From NCBI RefSeq assembly GCF_009914755.1, contig NC_060931.1: DNA of 64,000 bases. One strand, written 5' to 3'. The notes beneath the pieces were generated by a model. The model was given only the letters and a program-made list of their open reading frames with translations. It was not told the origin of the DNA and ran no database searches. Positions 20,468 to 37,016 of the stretch are shown piece after piece (position 1 is the stretch's first letter; the number at the start of each line of letters is the position of its first letter). Both the position numbers and the translations under genes were made by a program. The DNA comes from the human T2T-CHM13v2.0 reference genome, Homo sapiens.

Positions 20468-20650
<183 letters not shown>

Positions 20651-20767
20651 CTATTAGACAACCAAAGCACCACAAATAAGAATATACAATACAAACGCCA
20701 CTTGGATTAAACTCTGCAAATTAGACTGAATAACTCACTTAAATGTCATCTCTTCTGCACACTTTTC

Positions 20768-21112
20768 TGGTATGGACTGAATTGTGTTCCCCTAAAATTC
20801 ATATGTTAAATCCCTACTCCTACATGTGAACATGTTTGGAGACAGGGTCTTTAAGGGGGTAAATAAGATAAAATGAGATCATAAGAGTGGCACCCTAATC
20901 CAATAGGACTGGTGTGCTCACGAAAACAGGAAGAGATACCACACATGCAGGGAAGACCTGGTGAGAACATAGCCAGTCTGCAAACCAGAGATATCTCACC
21001 ACAAACCAACCCTACTCGCACCTTAATCTTGAACTTTCAGCATTCAGAACTGTGAGAAAATAAATTTCTGTTGTTTATGCCCCTCAATCTGTTATAGCAG
21101 CCCAAGCTAACG
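20768..21112 (+). mobile_element. MaLR solo LTR (MLT1A/B-like)
   Basis: tggtatggactgaattgtgttcccctaaaattcatatgtt start; cagaactgtgagaaaataaatttctgttgttt near the end. Confidence 0.85.
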
Positions 21113-21989
21113 TACCTTCCTTCAGTTGAATTCACCCACCCGATCAATTTTGCCCATTTGGGTTCTCCCACAGAACTTTGCCCTTCATGCTATTGATTCT
21201 TATGTGCCCCACTAGTTAGCAATAACCTCAAGAATAACTGTGCTTTATTCATGTTGCTATCCATTGACTCTGGTACCTATCATAAAACTAAGAAAACACC
21301 ACCAACAACCAAAAGTCCTTTTGTATTAATAAGCCCCTTCCTACAATACACAAATGACTCTGACAATGTTAAGAAACATATTTAGTCACTCATGTGTAAG
21401 GGGATTTGGTTCAACTTGTTTTTCTCTTAAATGCCACTGAATGAAGTTTTTATTGAAGAAATGGGTCTGTTTGGGAAAGAAAACGGCTAGATCACTTATT
21501 ACAATGGAAGGTGTGAATATTAGGGATGGGATATTCAGGAGTAAATGTGAGAAGCAGAAGTAGAGAATTCCCCTTTCCATCCTATACTGTGTTGCTCATA
21601 TCTGTGGGGCTGGGCAGGCTCAGCCCAATTTGAAGCACAAGATGCTGCTGCTTCCTTAGTACGTAATTGTCATCAAAAAGGGTCCCATTCACTTAATTAA
21701 ACCAAAGGTATGGATCTTCAACACTGTCTTCTATAACTTAGTTTTTTCTCTTTTAATCTTTTAAAATGTTGATGCCCACCAATTTTTTTTGTCCATTTTC
21801 CTCTAAATCTAAGGGTTTTCCTGGACAATTCTATGACATAGCTGATTATTCCAAGATTTATATTTTCAACTTAATCCTCCTTTCTGAGCTTACATGGATA
21901 TTCCATAGTAACCCTAGTTTCTGTGCATCCAAACTGAATTCATTATAATTCCCCTCCAAAAAAACTTGTTCTTCCATTACGTTGCTTGT

Positions 21990-22347
21990 GTGTCTTAGTC
22001 AGCTTGAGCTGCCATAACAGAATACCACAGACTGGGGGGCTTAACCAACAGAAATTATCTTGCCATTCTGGAGGCTCAATGATCCAAGACCAAAGTGATC
22101 AAACTAGCTGACTGAGTTTTTGGTGAGGGCTCTCTTCCTGGCTTGAAGACGGCCACTTTCTTGCTCTGTCCATACATCACAAGCTCTCTGGTGTCTCTTC
22201 ATATAAGGATACTAATTCTGTGGGATCAGGGCTCCACCCTTATAACCTCATTTAACCTTGATTACTTCCTTTCTCCAAATATAGCCACACTGGGAGTTAG
22301 GGCTTCAACATATAAATTTTGGGGGGGATGCAGTTCTATCCATAGCA
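21990..22347 (-). mobile_element. MaLR solo LTR (MLT1A-like), inserted in L2-like sequence
   Basis: tgtcttagtcagcttgagctgccataaca...gggcttcaacatataaatttt...ccatagca. Confidence 0.85.
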
Positions 22348-23245
22348 ATGCAAATGCAAATTCTACACACCCATTCACTAAAATCAAACACTTAAAACTT
22401 AATGAATCTCTTTCTCTCATCATGCTAAAACCAATCACTGGCCAAGTACAATCAACTTGCTTCTTTATTATCCCTTTCATCATTACCTCATCTTCATCTT
22501 AGGTTAATATATCTTCATCTTTTTTCCTATATATTTGAAGTATTTCTTAACTCTTCTTCCCACCTTCAGATTTACACAGTTCCTTACCCACAAGTGGTCC
22601 ATCCTACACACTCCTCCTTAAACTATCTCACATGTAAACTGTATTGTCTTTCTCTCCCACTTCAAAATTTTAAGAGAGTCTCCATGGTTTTTATGTGGTC
22701 TTGCTACTGCTTACCTCTCTAGCTCCAACTCTTGTAGCAGCTCCCCTTTCTTCCTATATTCCAGGCACACTGAACTATTCACAGTGGCTGCCCAAGGAGT
22801 GCTGTGATGTTGCCTGCTTCTGTCCCTTTGCTCCTGCTGTTGGTTTTGCCTGGAATGCCTTTCTCTCTCTTGATCTATCAGATTCAGTTCTCATGTGTCT
22901 AGTATAGTCTAGTCACTTCCTTTTTAAAAAATTTTTCATTATTTCTCCAGGTAGATAAGATTCCCTGTGTAGTATTCCTACTAGCCCTTTTGTGATTTCT
23001 ATCAAAAGACACAGAACACTTTATTATACTCTGTAATTACTAGTCATATTCCCTGCTGTTACACTCTACCTATTAAGTCAGAAAACATGTCTTATATATT
23101 TTTGCATCCTTTGTATCTAGTTCAATGCATGACACTTAATGCATTTACACTAAATAAATACATGAGTCAAAAACAGAAACTATGCTATTAAAAAATAATT
23201 AACTGCAGCAAAAAAAATCTCATAGCAGAAAATAGGAACTTTTCC

Positions 23246-23383
23246 CATGGCATATTTTTCCATCCCCATAAAATCCTTCTGGACATGAACCACAATGATA
23301 GGAACCAAAGGTATTCAGGCATTCTACTCCCTCAAAGCAAGGCTTGGAGTCACACTCATCAACATCTTCCTGGCAATTTTTGC
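23246..23383 (-). pseudogene. Cryptic/silenced VWDE exon (138 nt) encoding a calcium-binding EGF domain; donor GG instead of GT
   Basis: acceptor tatacag|GC; translates GKNCQEDVDECDSKPCFEGVECLNTFGSYHCGSCPEGFYGDGKICH with no stop; phase 1-1; ends CATG|ggaaaag. Confidence 0.88.
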
Positions 23384-24044
23384 CTGTATAAAATATAGAT
23401 CAAGAGCTCAGATTATTTAATTTGAAAAACATCGTATGTCCAATTGTCTTATTATATAACTTCTACTTTTTATGTCTGTCCTTCTAACCCCAAAAGAGCT
23501 GCTATGCATTATGAGGACAGAAGTATGCTGTTTTTAAAACTTACTGTATAATCAAATATAAAGTCACTAATTACATTCAATTTAATATTAAACCAGACCT
23601 TTCAAGTACATACGATTTCTTTTTTGTAAATAAGATGAGTTAAGAACTCCATTAATAGTTAAGGCAAAAAGCTTCATATTACAGCAGTAATTTGAACTTT
23701 GTTTAAAAAGTCAGTAATTTTTAAAAGTTATTTAGGATGGTTGTCTGTTTAGCTTAAGGACAAATTGTTTAGTCTAGTTATAAAAATTCATGAAAGTTGT
23801 TTGTGTTAGGAAAGTCAGTCCGTCCTTAATCAAAGTTTTTGAGTTGATGTGGTGCTCTTTGAAATGCTTAACAACTCATCTGAACGAGTAAATTCAGTCA
23901 TACGTGGATGGTAGCCTTTATTATACTAAAATTTATGAGGCAATCAACATTTGAATTCTTTCAAATAGAGTCTACAGTGAAGTAGAAAAGAGATCTACAT
24001 TCATAGTTCCCAATGATAAAATTTTTGTTTTAAAATGCTGAAGA

Positions 24045-24379
<335 letters not shown>

Positions 24380-24980
24380 TTAAAATGGGTATCTTCAAGA
24401 AAAATATCAGCTCATTAACTATATATTTACTTATTTAATATTTACATCTATTAAATGTACAGAAAATATTCATATGAGTTTTTAAAAAGCTGCGGGAAAT
24501 TAAAGGTTGGCAGTCATATATTTATTTCCGTAATCACACATTTTAGGGCAATTAATGAGTTAGTAAATATGCTAACATTTCATTTGATTTCAACTTCTTA
24601 CCATGATATTTCTAAGTCAACGAATTATCAGTAAAACCTCTCTTAAGTGATAACTTTTGTATTTTCTCTGGCATAATTCCTTTATTTTTCCATATTATAT
24701 CTTAATAGTAATACATTTTAATACACTTCTCCCTACCAAATACAGGTAGGAATGTTTAGGAACCTGCAAAACAGGTTCCTACATTGCTATAACAGTTATA
24801 AAAATTGGCAAAATTGTAATAGTGCATGGAACTTGCAATTTACAAAAACAAGGGATATGGATAGTAATTATATTTGTAATAACTTTTATTAAAATTGTAA
24901 AGATGTGTACTAAAATCTTTAGGACCACACATTTGCTTAAGTAATCTGTAGATATGTGTTTCAAGGAGCTTTTCTTTCTA

Positions 24981-25226
<246 letters not shown>

Positions 25227-26142
25227 CTACAAAACAAAAAAAAAGGAAATGTCTTATTTTTCAATAAAATTATCTTCAGTTTATGCCCCAGAAATCATGA
25301 CAGTCATGTGTGTTTATGTACAAGTATGACCAAATCACTTATATTTGATATATATACACACACACACAAATGTAATATAAAATTGTATTAAAAATAGTTT
25401 AATAAGGCAATTACGCCCACTCCCAGGTGCATAACCACAATATAATACTAAGGATAACTTTTCTAAAAAAAAAGTTACAAGATGATCAATTTCTGTCATG
25501 CAAGTAGAACAACTTAAAAAATCATTAAAGTGGAAAGCAGTTAATCACCTGGGTTATTCACAAATCTAGAGAGCAAATGATCTCCCGAATTACTGGGTTA
25601 ATATGGCATAGAACGCAGCTGCTCTTACAATATTACTTCAGTGTAAAAGCGTGTTCCAAGTTTCAAATGAGCAAAGGACATATAAAGGGTTTCTAAGTAT
25701 TAAGTGCTCATGACTGACATAATCAAAAGAAAAGTCAATAAAGAAAGGAATTATAGTTGCCAATTATTTATCTCAAGTTGTATTTATAATCTTGATTTCT
25801 AATTCAACATCTCAGGTCCTTTCACTTGATGGAAGAGGGTATAATTATCAATCTTAGATTAATCACACATCTTTCATGAAGGTGGAGCTGAAGGAGTTCT
25901 TTATTCTTGTCATAGTGAAGTGCCAAATAAAACAGTATAGAAATTATTAATTTAGATCTGTGCTTCTAGGCTTGAGACTCTCTCTAAGGTTTTAAATTCT
26001 TACAAAGAATAGTCAAAGTTTCGGCAGTTTAATTTTCCATACAATGTTTAATAACTTTGTTGCTCTTTACAACTAGCAATATGGCTTGTATTTTAAATTC
26101 AAATAAAGTTGTTAAAATTGCAAAAGAATCCAGTGGCACTTA

Positions 26143-26517
<375 letters not shown>

Positions 26518-26941
26518 CTAAAAGGTCTATTAGCTGCTTTCATTTTTTTTTTTAACATTCTGAGTAAGTTCAATTCCATTCTTAGACACATGAAAGTAAC
26601 TGACAGGTGCAAGACCTCAGGCATTATTATGAAAGTATGAAATCACTTTGGATACAGCACAGAATATATAAATACCCATGCACTGGCCACACTGGATGCT
26701 GCACCTCTTCTGTCTTACTTCTTGGTGTTGACTGCCTCACTACTCTCTCTCTCTCTGGCTGTGGATCCTTTGCACTCTGTTTCTTTAAGCCTCACTTTCT
26801 CCCTCTACTCCCTTTCTCTATTCCTCCCTCACTGCCCATGACTGCTCCGTTTCTTTGGCTCCTTTGAACGTTTCTCGCTGTACTTGCCTCCCCAGCTATA
26901 ATACGTGGAAGCCATTAGTCATACTCATCTTCTGATCCTCA

Positions 26942-27298
<357 letters not shown>

Positions 27299-28401
27299 TT
27301 AGAGGACAGGCAGAGTTCCCTTTACACTCATGAAACAACTGAAAATCTCTTTTTATATTGTCTTATATTAAAAAATGTCTACCTTTCCAGCCCACTGGCT
27401 TAACAGTTGGAACAAATAGCCCCATTACATTGTACTGAGCACAAAAATTCTGCTTGCATCCACAAAGCACTAATGCCCCGAGATTGTAGCTCTGACTCCT
27501 GTTCTGCCCCTGCATATCCTTACACAAGCAGCCTAACTTATTGATCTTAATTTCCTCATCCTCAATATGAGAGATTTAAAAGACATGACATTTTTATGAC
27601 CCTTTATGACTTTGAACACTATGAGACTATAATGAATCAATCAGTCAAACTATAGCCATTGACAAAACAGAGGCACCAATTCAGAAGTTGTATTGTATTT
27701 TCATCTCTTGCACTACATTTTTCCTCAAATTTCCATTGTCTTCCCACAGCATTCCATGAGTCTTAAACCTAAGCAGTGAATCATCTGGCAAATGTAATGA
27801 AACACAGTAATGAAATATGCACATACAATTATAATGATATTACACAGCATTGTATAAATATAAAGCTGTATGACTTCCTTAAATAAAATTACATGGGGCC
27901 AGGGAATAATTGTGTCCTATTGTCTCTAATAATGTCTCATCTCCCTGTGAGGGAAGAGAATTTGGACACCTATATGGAACCAACATAGCTCTATTTATGA
28001 AAGTGAGGAAGTTATATGGTACATGACTATAATTTGGGGTATTGTTTGAAACAAAGCATCTCAAAATTATCTGTACCCAATATTATACTCATGACATCAC
28101 ACAACAGTAGTACTGGAAGGCACTTTATAGATTACTGAGTCCAGATACCTTGTTTAACAAGTGCTGAATCCATGGCCTTTGAGCTTAAATGGTTAATAAC
28201 TTCAGAAAACTGAACAGAGGTAAGGCTAAGCATAGGAAATTGTGTGTAGCTGAGTTAATAATTCTCATTTCTTCCATTAATAAATCACAAATCCTTTCCT
28301 AATCAAATATTAAAATAAATATCCTATACCCTCAACGTAAATTTTGCAGTTAGGAGAGATGCTAAATTAAACACAGAGGTCATTCATCTTAAACACATTT
28401 A

Positions 28402-28590
<189 letters not shown>

Positions 28591-29939
28591 CTAATGGAAA
28601 ATTTTTAAAAAAGAAAACATCAAAGTACAGCGTGTAGAAAAAAAAAAGTACATAGAAGGATGGCAGTGTATGTATTGATGATTCCAACGAAAGCACATAC
28701 ATCTATTTTGATACTTCATAATCGTAAGTGCATATGAGGAAACAAATTACCTGAATACGTAAATGTCTACAAAACTGATCAATTTGGAGGTAATAAAAGT
28801 ACACATAAGTTTTATCTTTACAAAGTTATAGCTTATAATTTATAAATAACATGGGAGAAAATCTCTCTTTTGGTATTTTTCACTGCTAAACTCATCCTAG
28901 GAGTGCTTTATTCATAAAGAAATAAAACCAACTTCTTTTTTTTCCTCCACAATTTATAAAATCACATTAGGTTATAGCTATTTTCCATTTCCCTAGCAGC
29001 CCACTGTGTTCTGTGAACACAGCCAACTAGACCAGATCTTTGGCATAATTATATCCACACTTGATAATGGATATCATTACACCAAACATTTGAAAGAGAT
29101 GCTGATAAGCACAGAAAGAACATTAAATGTAGAAAGTATTCTTAGGGAGAGAATTGAATGTTATTCAGGAAATATAAACTTAGCTCATTTTACAAAATCT
29201 CCTTTAATATCACTTGGAAAATTGCACAAAAGTTAGAGCAAAATAGCTCCAGGAGGAGAAAACAATCTTGAATAATAATATTTTTAAAGTACTTATGAAT
29301 ATATGGAAATGAAATATTTGGGAAAAATAAAAATCAAACAATCTCTCAAAACCAGAGATTTGATCTGATGACTAATCTCAAGAAAATAAATTTTAAACTT
29401 AGAAAAAATAATACTTTAAAATTTTCATGTACATAAATATTATTTGTATGCACCTCAGCTTTGAGGAGTCAAGTGTCTCTTAAGTCAGCAGTTCACATGT
29501 GAGACAGCCCTTCTGATAAATACGGAAGGCTGGATATAGACTAAGAAGAAGTTGTGACTTCACCTCAGCTCAGGCTGCACTGCTGTTCTGTAATCCATCA
29601 AGTGGCAGGTATTTACATGCTCCAATAAAATTAGTTGCCAGGAAATACTCCCCATAAAAATACTAACTTTATACATTTTACAAATTTTAACCAAATGTAT
29701 GTCACTTGATGCAAAGAAGAGTAGGTAACATAAGATCTCTTATTGGAAAGTCATTATTACTACTGAAAAAACAATGTAGGTAGGAGTGAAGTAGTAAATA
29801 ATTTAGTCTGGACTTCCTCTTACAATTTTTTAGAAGTAATCTGCCATTTCAAAATGTTGAAGGTAGGAACCTCTTCGTTGCAGGCAGAGTAACAATTTCA
29901 GTTAACTTATATAAACTTGAGGAAGGCTTTTCTCTATTA

Positions 29940-30185
<246 letters not shown>

Positions 30186-30233
30186 CTAAATGTTCTAAAT
30201 TCATTATGAAATGTTAAGTATTTACTTTGTTTA

Positions 30234-30452
<219 letters not shown>

Positions 30453-31114
30453 TTAAATTATGGAAATATTTTGTTAGTAAATTACATATAATGAAAACAT
30501 AAATTTTAAAATATATGCCTAGTATAATGTAATATATAACAGGGAAACAAAAGTCACATTGGGAGTGAGTTTTATTCAGAATAACGAATAACATATATAT
30601 GTTAATATGATGCAAATTGCTCCCAATGAATCATGCATTTCTTGGCGGTTCAAATCAAAGAAGTTACCAATATTGGTCATATACAATGGATCACTATGTA
30701 ACGACTTTTGTAGCAAAACACACTTGACTATATAGATGACACACAGTGGATTGTTTTTCTGCCCAGAAATTCCTTCATTTCTCCTGCAAAAGCTTCCATC
30801 ACCTCATCTACTTGAAACTGTCCTTTCTGCCCCCTACACAATTCCCACAGGGTCTCTCATATTCCTATATGACCAATCTCCCTGACTATGCTTGACTGGT
30901 GCAGGGGCGGACCTAAGCTAGGCCAATATTTCAATACTCATGATATTTTAACTTTGTACCAATGGAGATGTCATGTCAGTTGGCCTCTGATGGCTTGAGT
31001 TGCAAGACACAAAACTATGGAGTGGTTGGTGGCCATTTTTTCACTATGGAGAGAAAGCCAGTATATAGTGAAACAGGAAAATGAAGCCCACAAACAAAAG
31101 CCAAATTGAGACAA

Positions 31115-31118
<4 letters not shown>

Positions 31119-31147
<29 letters not shown>
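31119..31147. repeat. (CA)n microsatellite
   Basis: uninterrupted acacac run. Confidence 0.9.
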
Positions 31148-31149
<2 letters not shown>

Positions 31150-32899
31150 AAAATGCACACATACTGAGTCTTCATGGTGTTCAAGTCCCAAGTTCAAGAT
31201 TTTTCTTGAGAATTCAGCTACTTTCTTATTCTTGATTCTCTAAGAAATATACTATCCTCATAATAAATATTTTTGCTCAAGTTAGTTTATTAGTAATTTG
31301 AAACTAAATAAACTCTACTTAGTTCACTCTACTTAATAACTCAGTGACACATTATGCTTAAGCTACACTTTTAGTATTGTTTTTCAGTATGAAAATGCAC
31401 TGGTCCCAAAAGAAGAGAAGCCAGCATAATGTTCCAGGTACGGATAACTACGTAGGAAACCAAAAGCTATATTTTGCTGTCAAAATTTAGATTTAGATTT
31501 TTCTTTGAAACTTATTACTGTCAAATGTTTTCAACCACTCAGAATTTGTCATAGAGCATGCTGATGCTTCAATATTGTGGGTCAGCAGGAAAGGGAAAGG
31601 AAAACATGATCACCCTAATCTGCAGCTAACAGAAATTACGTTTTTGAAGATTTGATGATTGAAAGAGTGAGCTGCAAATCTCCATATTTAAGGGAGTATG
31701 GAGAGTCTAGCCTAGCAGATCTACCAGTGGTTTCCCTCTTGTAGAAGAAGAATGATGATTTCTCAGAGTAGTCATGATATCTACACTTAGGTGAATGTAC
31801 AGTCTCGGTTTCTTGTGCAGAAAGAAAGCTCCAGCTAATGACTGGCAATATAGAGATTATTTCCAACTTTCTATTTCAAGGGGCCTACCCAAAATGAGGA
31901 ATATACAGTGTTCTATTTCCTTTTCATTCATCAATATTTTGTGAGTATATATTATGTGCTGAAAATATCTCAGTGAAAAAAGATCACAAAGAAAATGACA
32001 GACAATATATAATTGTATTATTGCATTAAAAGAGACTCAAATAAGATATAATACAAAAGGAGTTATTAAGTCTAACTAACTAGCACAGTCAAAGAAGCCT
32101 TCAAAAAAGCAAATACTTCTCTTCCTGAAAATAAAAAGGGAGACTGCTATTTGGACACTGGGAGCAGAAGTGGAAAGAGTGCAATTCACATGAATGGAGG
32201 GAATAGTGTATGAAAAAGACAGGGATGCATGGAACAGCATAAACAGGAAGTTCAAGCCTACAAATATAGACAAGAGCTAAATCATAATGTGCCATCCATT
32301 TCTTGGTTAACATCCTGTATTTAATCCTATAAATCAGCAACCTTAAAATTGGATTTTGTAGAGTCTTGACTGCTTTGGGGGAGGAAGTGAAAGAAATGCT
32401 TAAGTGGTTGAATCTCTAGCTAAAGACTTGCTTAAAACTACTAATACAAAAGTAGAAAAAAGCATGTAAAATATGTTACACTTTATATTAAAAAAAGAGT
32501 TTCTATCCATTTTTTGTACCAAAGAAATATAGTAAGGATTAACCAGAAAATGATGACAGTAGAAACATACTTTAATGAAAAGAAGGAGTGATGGAAAGCA
32601 GATGACAGGGATGACAAGAAAGTAACAATTCTATGTGCATACCTTTGTATAGCTTCAACTCTTAGAACTATAATATTTCATATACCCTCCAAATAATTAA
32701 ATAATTATAATCAACCAGAGTGTGGAAGAAACTCAAAATGGAAGACAAATATTTTTAAAACCTAGTTGTATTATAAATAAAACAGATAACCACTCTAAAC
32801 AGAGTGGAAAATAGTTAATCTAACTCACTTTGGAAAGCAGTATCTGCCTTTATATTGTGACCTTGTTTCATGAATTTGTTTTTTTACAGAGGAAAGGCT

Positions 32900-34330
32900 T
32901 AGAATTTCTGAAACTGACTTACATATACATTTAGATTAAGAAACCAGGTAAATATATTGTGGATCATGAGAGCCAGTTTTCACTTGTAAAGAAAAGAGTT
33001 ACAAATAAGGAAAGGAGAAGGCTAGAATGAACCTTATGGCACTGCACTGAAATCAGAAGTATCAGTATCAACTCACAGAGATGACAGATAGATAAACCGA
33101 TAGATAGGTAGTTACATGTGTGTATAAGTGTACATACATAGATTTTCTAACTGTATCCATTAAAAGGGCCAAGAAGGATTAACTACCCTGTAACAAGAAG
33201 CACACCTTGCACCCAAGTCTTGGATTTTAAATGACCCTCTTTGATAAATGGAACTACAGTCTTTAGAGAAACAGTTGATTCTAGAGTTGGGGTAGGAAAA
33301 ATATGAGTCTGGAATATCATATGATGCCAGAATGTGATAAATTGTTCAAAAAATTATGGGAGCAAGTTAAAAGGACGTGTGAACGAATTTGTAATAGTTC
33401 CCAATGGTCAAAGCTAGAATAATTTAAACAGCCAAATAAAGAATGATAGCATTGAGTTATAATTCATGAAATAAGTTTCCATTAGTCTATACTGGCATGA
33501 GTAAATAAATGAATAAATAAATTGGAAACAAGGAACAGCTCTTCCTTTCAGTAGAATTCCAGATAATATGTGTAGAAGAAATGATGGAAATAGAAAATCA
33601 CCACTGGTAAATACCATAGTCATAATTGCTACAAGCAAAAATTATAGTTGGATGCTAAAATTAGGAAGAAAATGTTTGAGGAGCTATCATATATTTGCAT
33701 AATCTAAAAGTGTCTCCCTACAACGTATTTATTAGTTAAAAAGGGAAAAACAGGGAGCTTAAAGTGAAGATACATGGCAAAAACCCCTTAAGTAAGTGAT
33801 CAAAATTTACATTGCCCGTGATTAGATACATTGCATCATGAAAGGATGCACTAAAAATTGTACAACATGGCATGACCTCAATCTAACCATAAAAAAGGAA
33901 CATTCCACAAAATAACTGGCCAGTGCTCTTCGAAAGAACCAAGTGTGCAAAAGATGAAGAAAGATGGAGCACCGTCACAATATTCAAAAGAGCCAAGTGT
34001 GCAAAAGATAAAGAAAGATGGAGCACTGTCACAATACGAAAGAGACTGAAGAAACATGACAAAATGCAGTATAAAATCTTAAATTAGATCCTGAATCAGG
34101 AAAAGGACCATTATTAGTTGGACAACTGGTAAATTTACAGAACAAGGTCTGTAAATTTGTTAATAGTATTGTATCGAGGTGAATTTTCCGATTTGAATAA
34201 TTATTTTATGAATATGGTTTATAAATAAGATATTAACTTTATGAGAAACTGGGTGAAGAATTACTGGAAACTGCATTATTTTTACAATTTTTCTGTGAGT
34301 ATCAAGTTATTCCAAAATAAAAGTTTTTAA
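32900..34330 (+). mobile_element. Old L1MC-type 3' end
   Basis: resemblance to L1MC 3' UTR, ending caaaataaaagttt; boundaries approximate. Confidence 0.65.
33929..34036. repeat. 54-bp tandem duplication (2 copies, 4 mismatches)
   Basis: ttcgaaagaaccaagtgtgcaaaagatgaagaaagatggagcaccgtcacaata followed by a near-identical copy. Confidence 0.9.
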
Positions 34331-34778
34331 AAATTACTTCGTAAAATGGGAAGTCATTAAGGATTTTGCATGAACTGATTTCCAAAATGCTAGATTTTAA
34401 AGAGGAACCCAATCTTCGAAGGGAACTGAAATTTGAACTAAGAAGGTGAGCAGGAATCGATTCACGTTGACTGAACATGTAATAGGGGAGCTAGGAGAAG
34501 ACATTAGCTTAGTGGCAGGGCGAGCACATTCCACACAAAGTGAATGCAAGGCTTTGAGCAGGGCCCATGTTCGTAGGGTTGGGGATCCTAAAATAGTGGC
34601 ACATTAAACAGACTTGACTGGAGGTATGAATTAAAGGCTAGAAGAGCCTTTAAAACCCAGCACTGGGCAAGACTGGCGCTAGGAGAGACAGACTTAACTT
34701 CAGCACAATGTAAAATAAAGACGGATATGCACTCTAATTTTAGTTTGGGCAAGTGAACATCTTTCTTTCTATAGTTTT

Positions 34779-35139
34779 TGATTTGGTTTGGCTCTGTGTC
34801 TCCGCCCAAATCTCATCTCGAATTGTAATCCCCAGGGATGGAGGGAGGGACATAGTGGGAGTTGACTGGATCATGAGGGCAGTTTCTCCCATGCTGCTCT
34901 CATGATAGTAAGGAAATTCTCATGAGATCTCGATGGTTTAAAAGTGGCAGCATCCCTCTTAACTCCCTCTCACCTGCCACCTTGTGAAGAAGGTGCCTCC
35001 GTCTGCCTTCTGCCATGATTTTATGTTTCCTGGGGTCTTCCCAGCCATGTGGAACTGTGAGCCAATTAAACCTGTTTTCTTTATAAATTACCTAGTCTCA
35101 GGTAGTATCTTTATAGCACTGTGAAAATGGACTAATACA
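34779..35139 (+). mobile_element. THE1D-like MaLR solo LTR
   Basis: TG...CA termini: tgatttggtttggctctgtgtc ... ggactaataca; 5-bp TSD gtttt/gttct. Confidence 0.9.
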
Positions 35140-36252
35140 GTTCTGTATAGTGTGTTAGAGGATTCCAGATTTTACTCTGTATTTATCAGAAGTTTGCAGG
35201 AAGTGGCAGGTAGTATGAGAGTAAATCACAACAAACAATGCATCTGAAGGTAAGTACAAGATGTGCTTTCCAAGAGAATATAAATCTACAAAATTCGCTC
35301 CTGGCACATCACTTAGTTTTCATGTGATGTCATATGATTTATTCTGCCATGACTAATACAATGTCTATTCTCTTAAGTGATATTAAAATTACTTACATGT
35401 ACCTTTCTATTTTGTCTTATTACTTCATTGGGATTAAAATATTTCATGACTTACTTAGAAAGCCTCCACCCATAAAATCCTGAAGTTAGCATACTTTTGT
35501 TTAACTACTTGATAAAGACACATACAAACCTATTTCCTCCTGTAAATTCTCAATCTCAGAATCACATTTGGCTTCATTAATTTAGAGAAAAAGTAAGAAG
35601 AATATTATAATGTGGTTTGCTGTCTTAAGTTTTCAGCTTACCCACATATACTTTTGAAATTCATAGAGTCATCCTTAAAATAAAATTTCCATGTGAATAA
35701 AGACAAGGAAGACCATTTAAATAATCATCAAAAATAAGGTATAAGTTGATATACTAACGTTCAAACTGATCATGTCTGTTTCTGTGGCCTTTAGAAAGAT
35801 AAATACTATTTTTTAAAGGTGAGTCTTTTCTGTCTAAAATCCATAGTAAGGAAAATATAAAGAATAAATGCAATTAGTCCTCATTTTTTGATTTGTAAAA
35901 GGGAAATGTTCATATCCAGTTGATGCAAGATGTCTTGGCTAAAAACAATGTCTCTTCTTTATGTTTTTACATTTCAAGAAATACAGAGGCTTACATAAAT
36001 CAAGCTTGATATTCTTTTAGCTTTTTAATATAAGTGAAAACAGTGAGCCGATACTTCAATAAAAAGTTTATAAGATATTTTAAGAAAGTTAACAAAGAAG
36101 CGTCAACATTATGTAACTTAATCATTTTCCTGTTCAGCTCTCTAGATATAATATCGTTTGGATTTATGTTGCTAATTGATAGACCGAATTAATCCAAGAT
36201 AATATTAATCTGAGTATCTCATACACTCTATTGTTTCTGAACTCTATAATTA

Positions 36253-36420
<168 letters not shown>

Positions 36421-37016
36421 CTACATATTTTACTTAATTTCAGAAAAAAAAACTAATTATTTCCAAGCCCCAAATTAAAAGCATATGGAAAATAATATTT
36501 TAAAGTATACCTAAAATGCTGCTTACAACACTAATTAAGCCATTAAATGTTAAGAGTAATCTGGTATTAGAAGAGGTATCTACCATCAAACCAATAATAA
36601 TATTACAAACACTACCAGTCCTAAAATCACAGGTTTCACTAATGTTTAATAATATTTTATATCAATTAAGGACAAATATTAAGAAATTACCACTACAATA
36701 AAGTACATTTTGGTTTTGCCGTTTTGGCTTGTGCCATATAGCTGGGTTATAGAAAAAAATATTTCTGTAATAAAATATAGTAGTTAGTAATGCAATGTAT
36801 TAAAATTTCAAAATGTCATCTGTATCAGTAACATCTGGTTGTCAAAATGGGTATATGCAGTGTGTAAAAATTATTAAACCCCTTGCCTAACTACTGGGAA
36901 AACCTAAGTGAATACAACTCTACTAGCAGTAGGGTAGAAAATCACGTGTATTCAGAACCTTAAAAATCTTGATGAAAATTTTTTTTAAAGCCTGGGTTAC
37001 TTCAGTCCATACTTTC

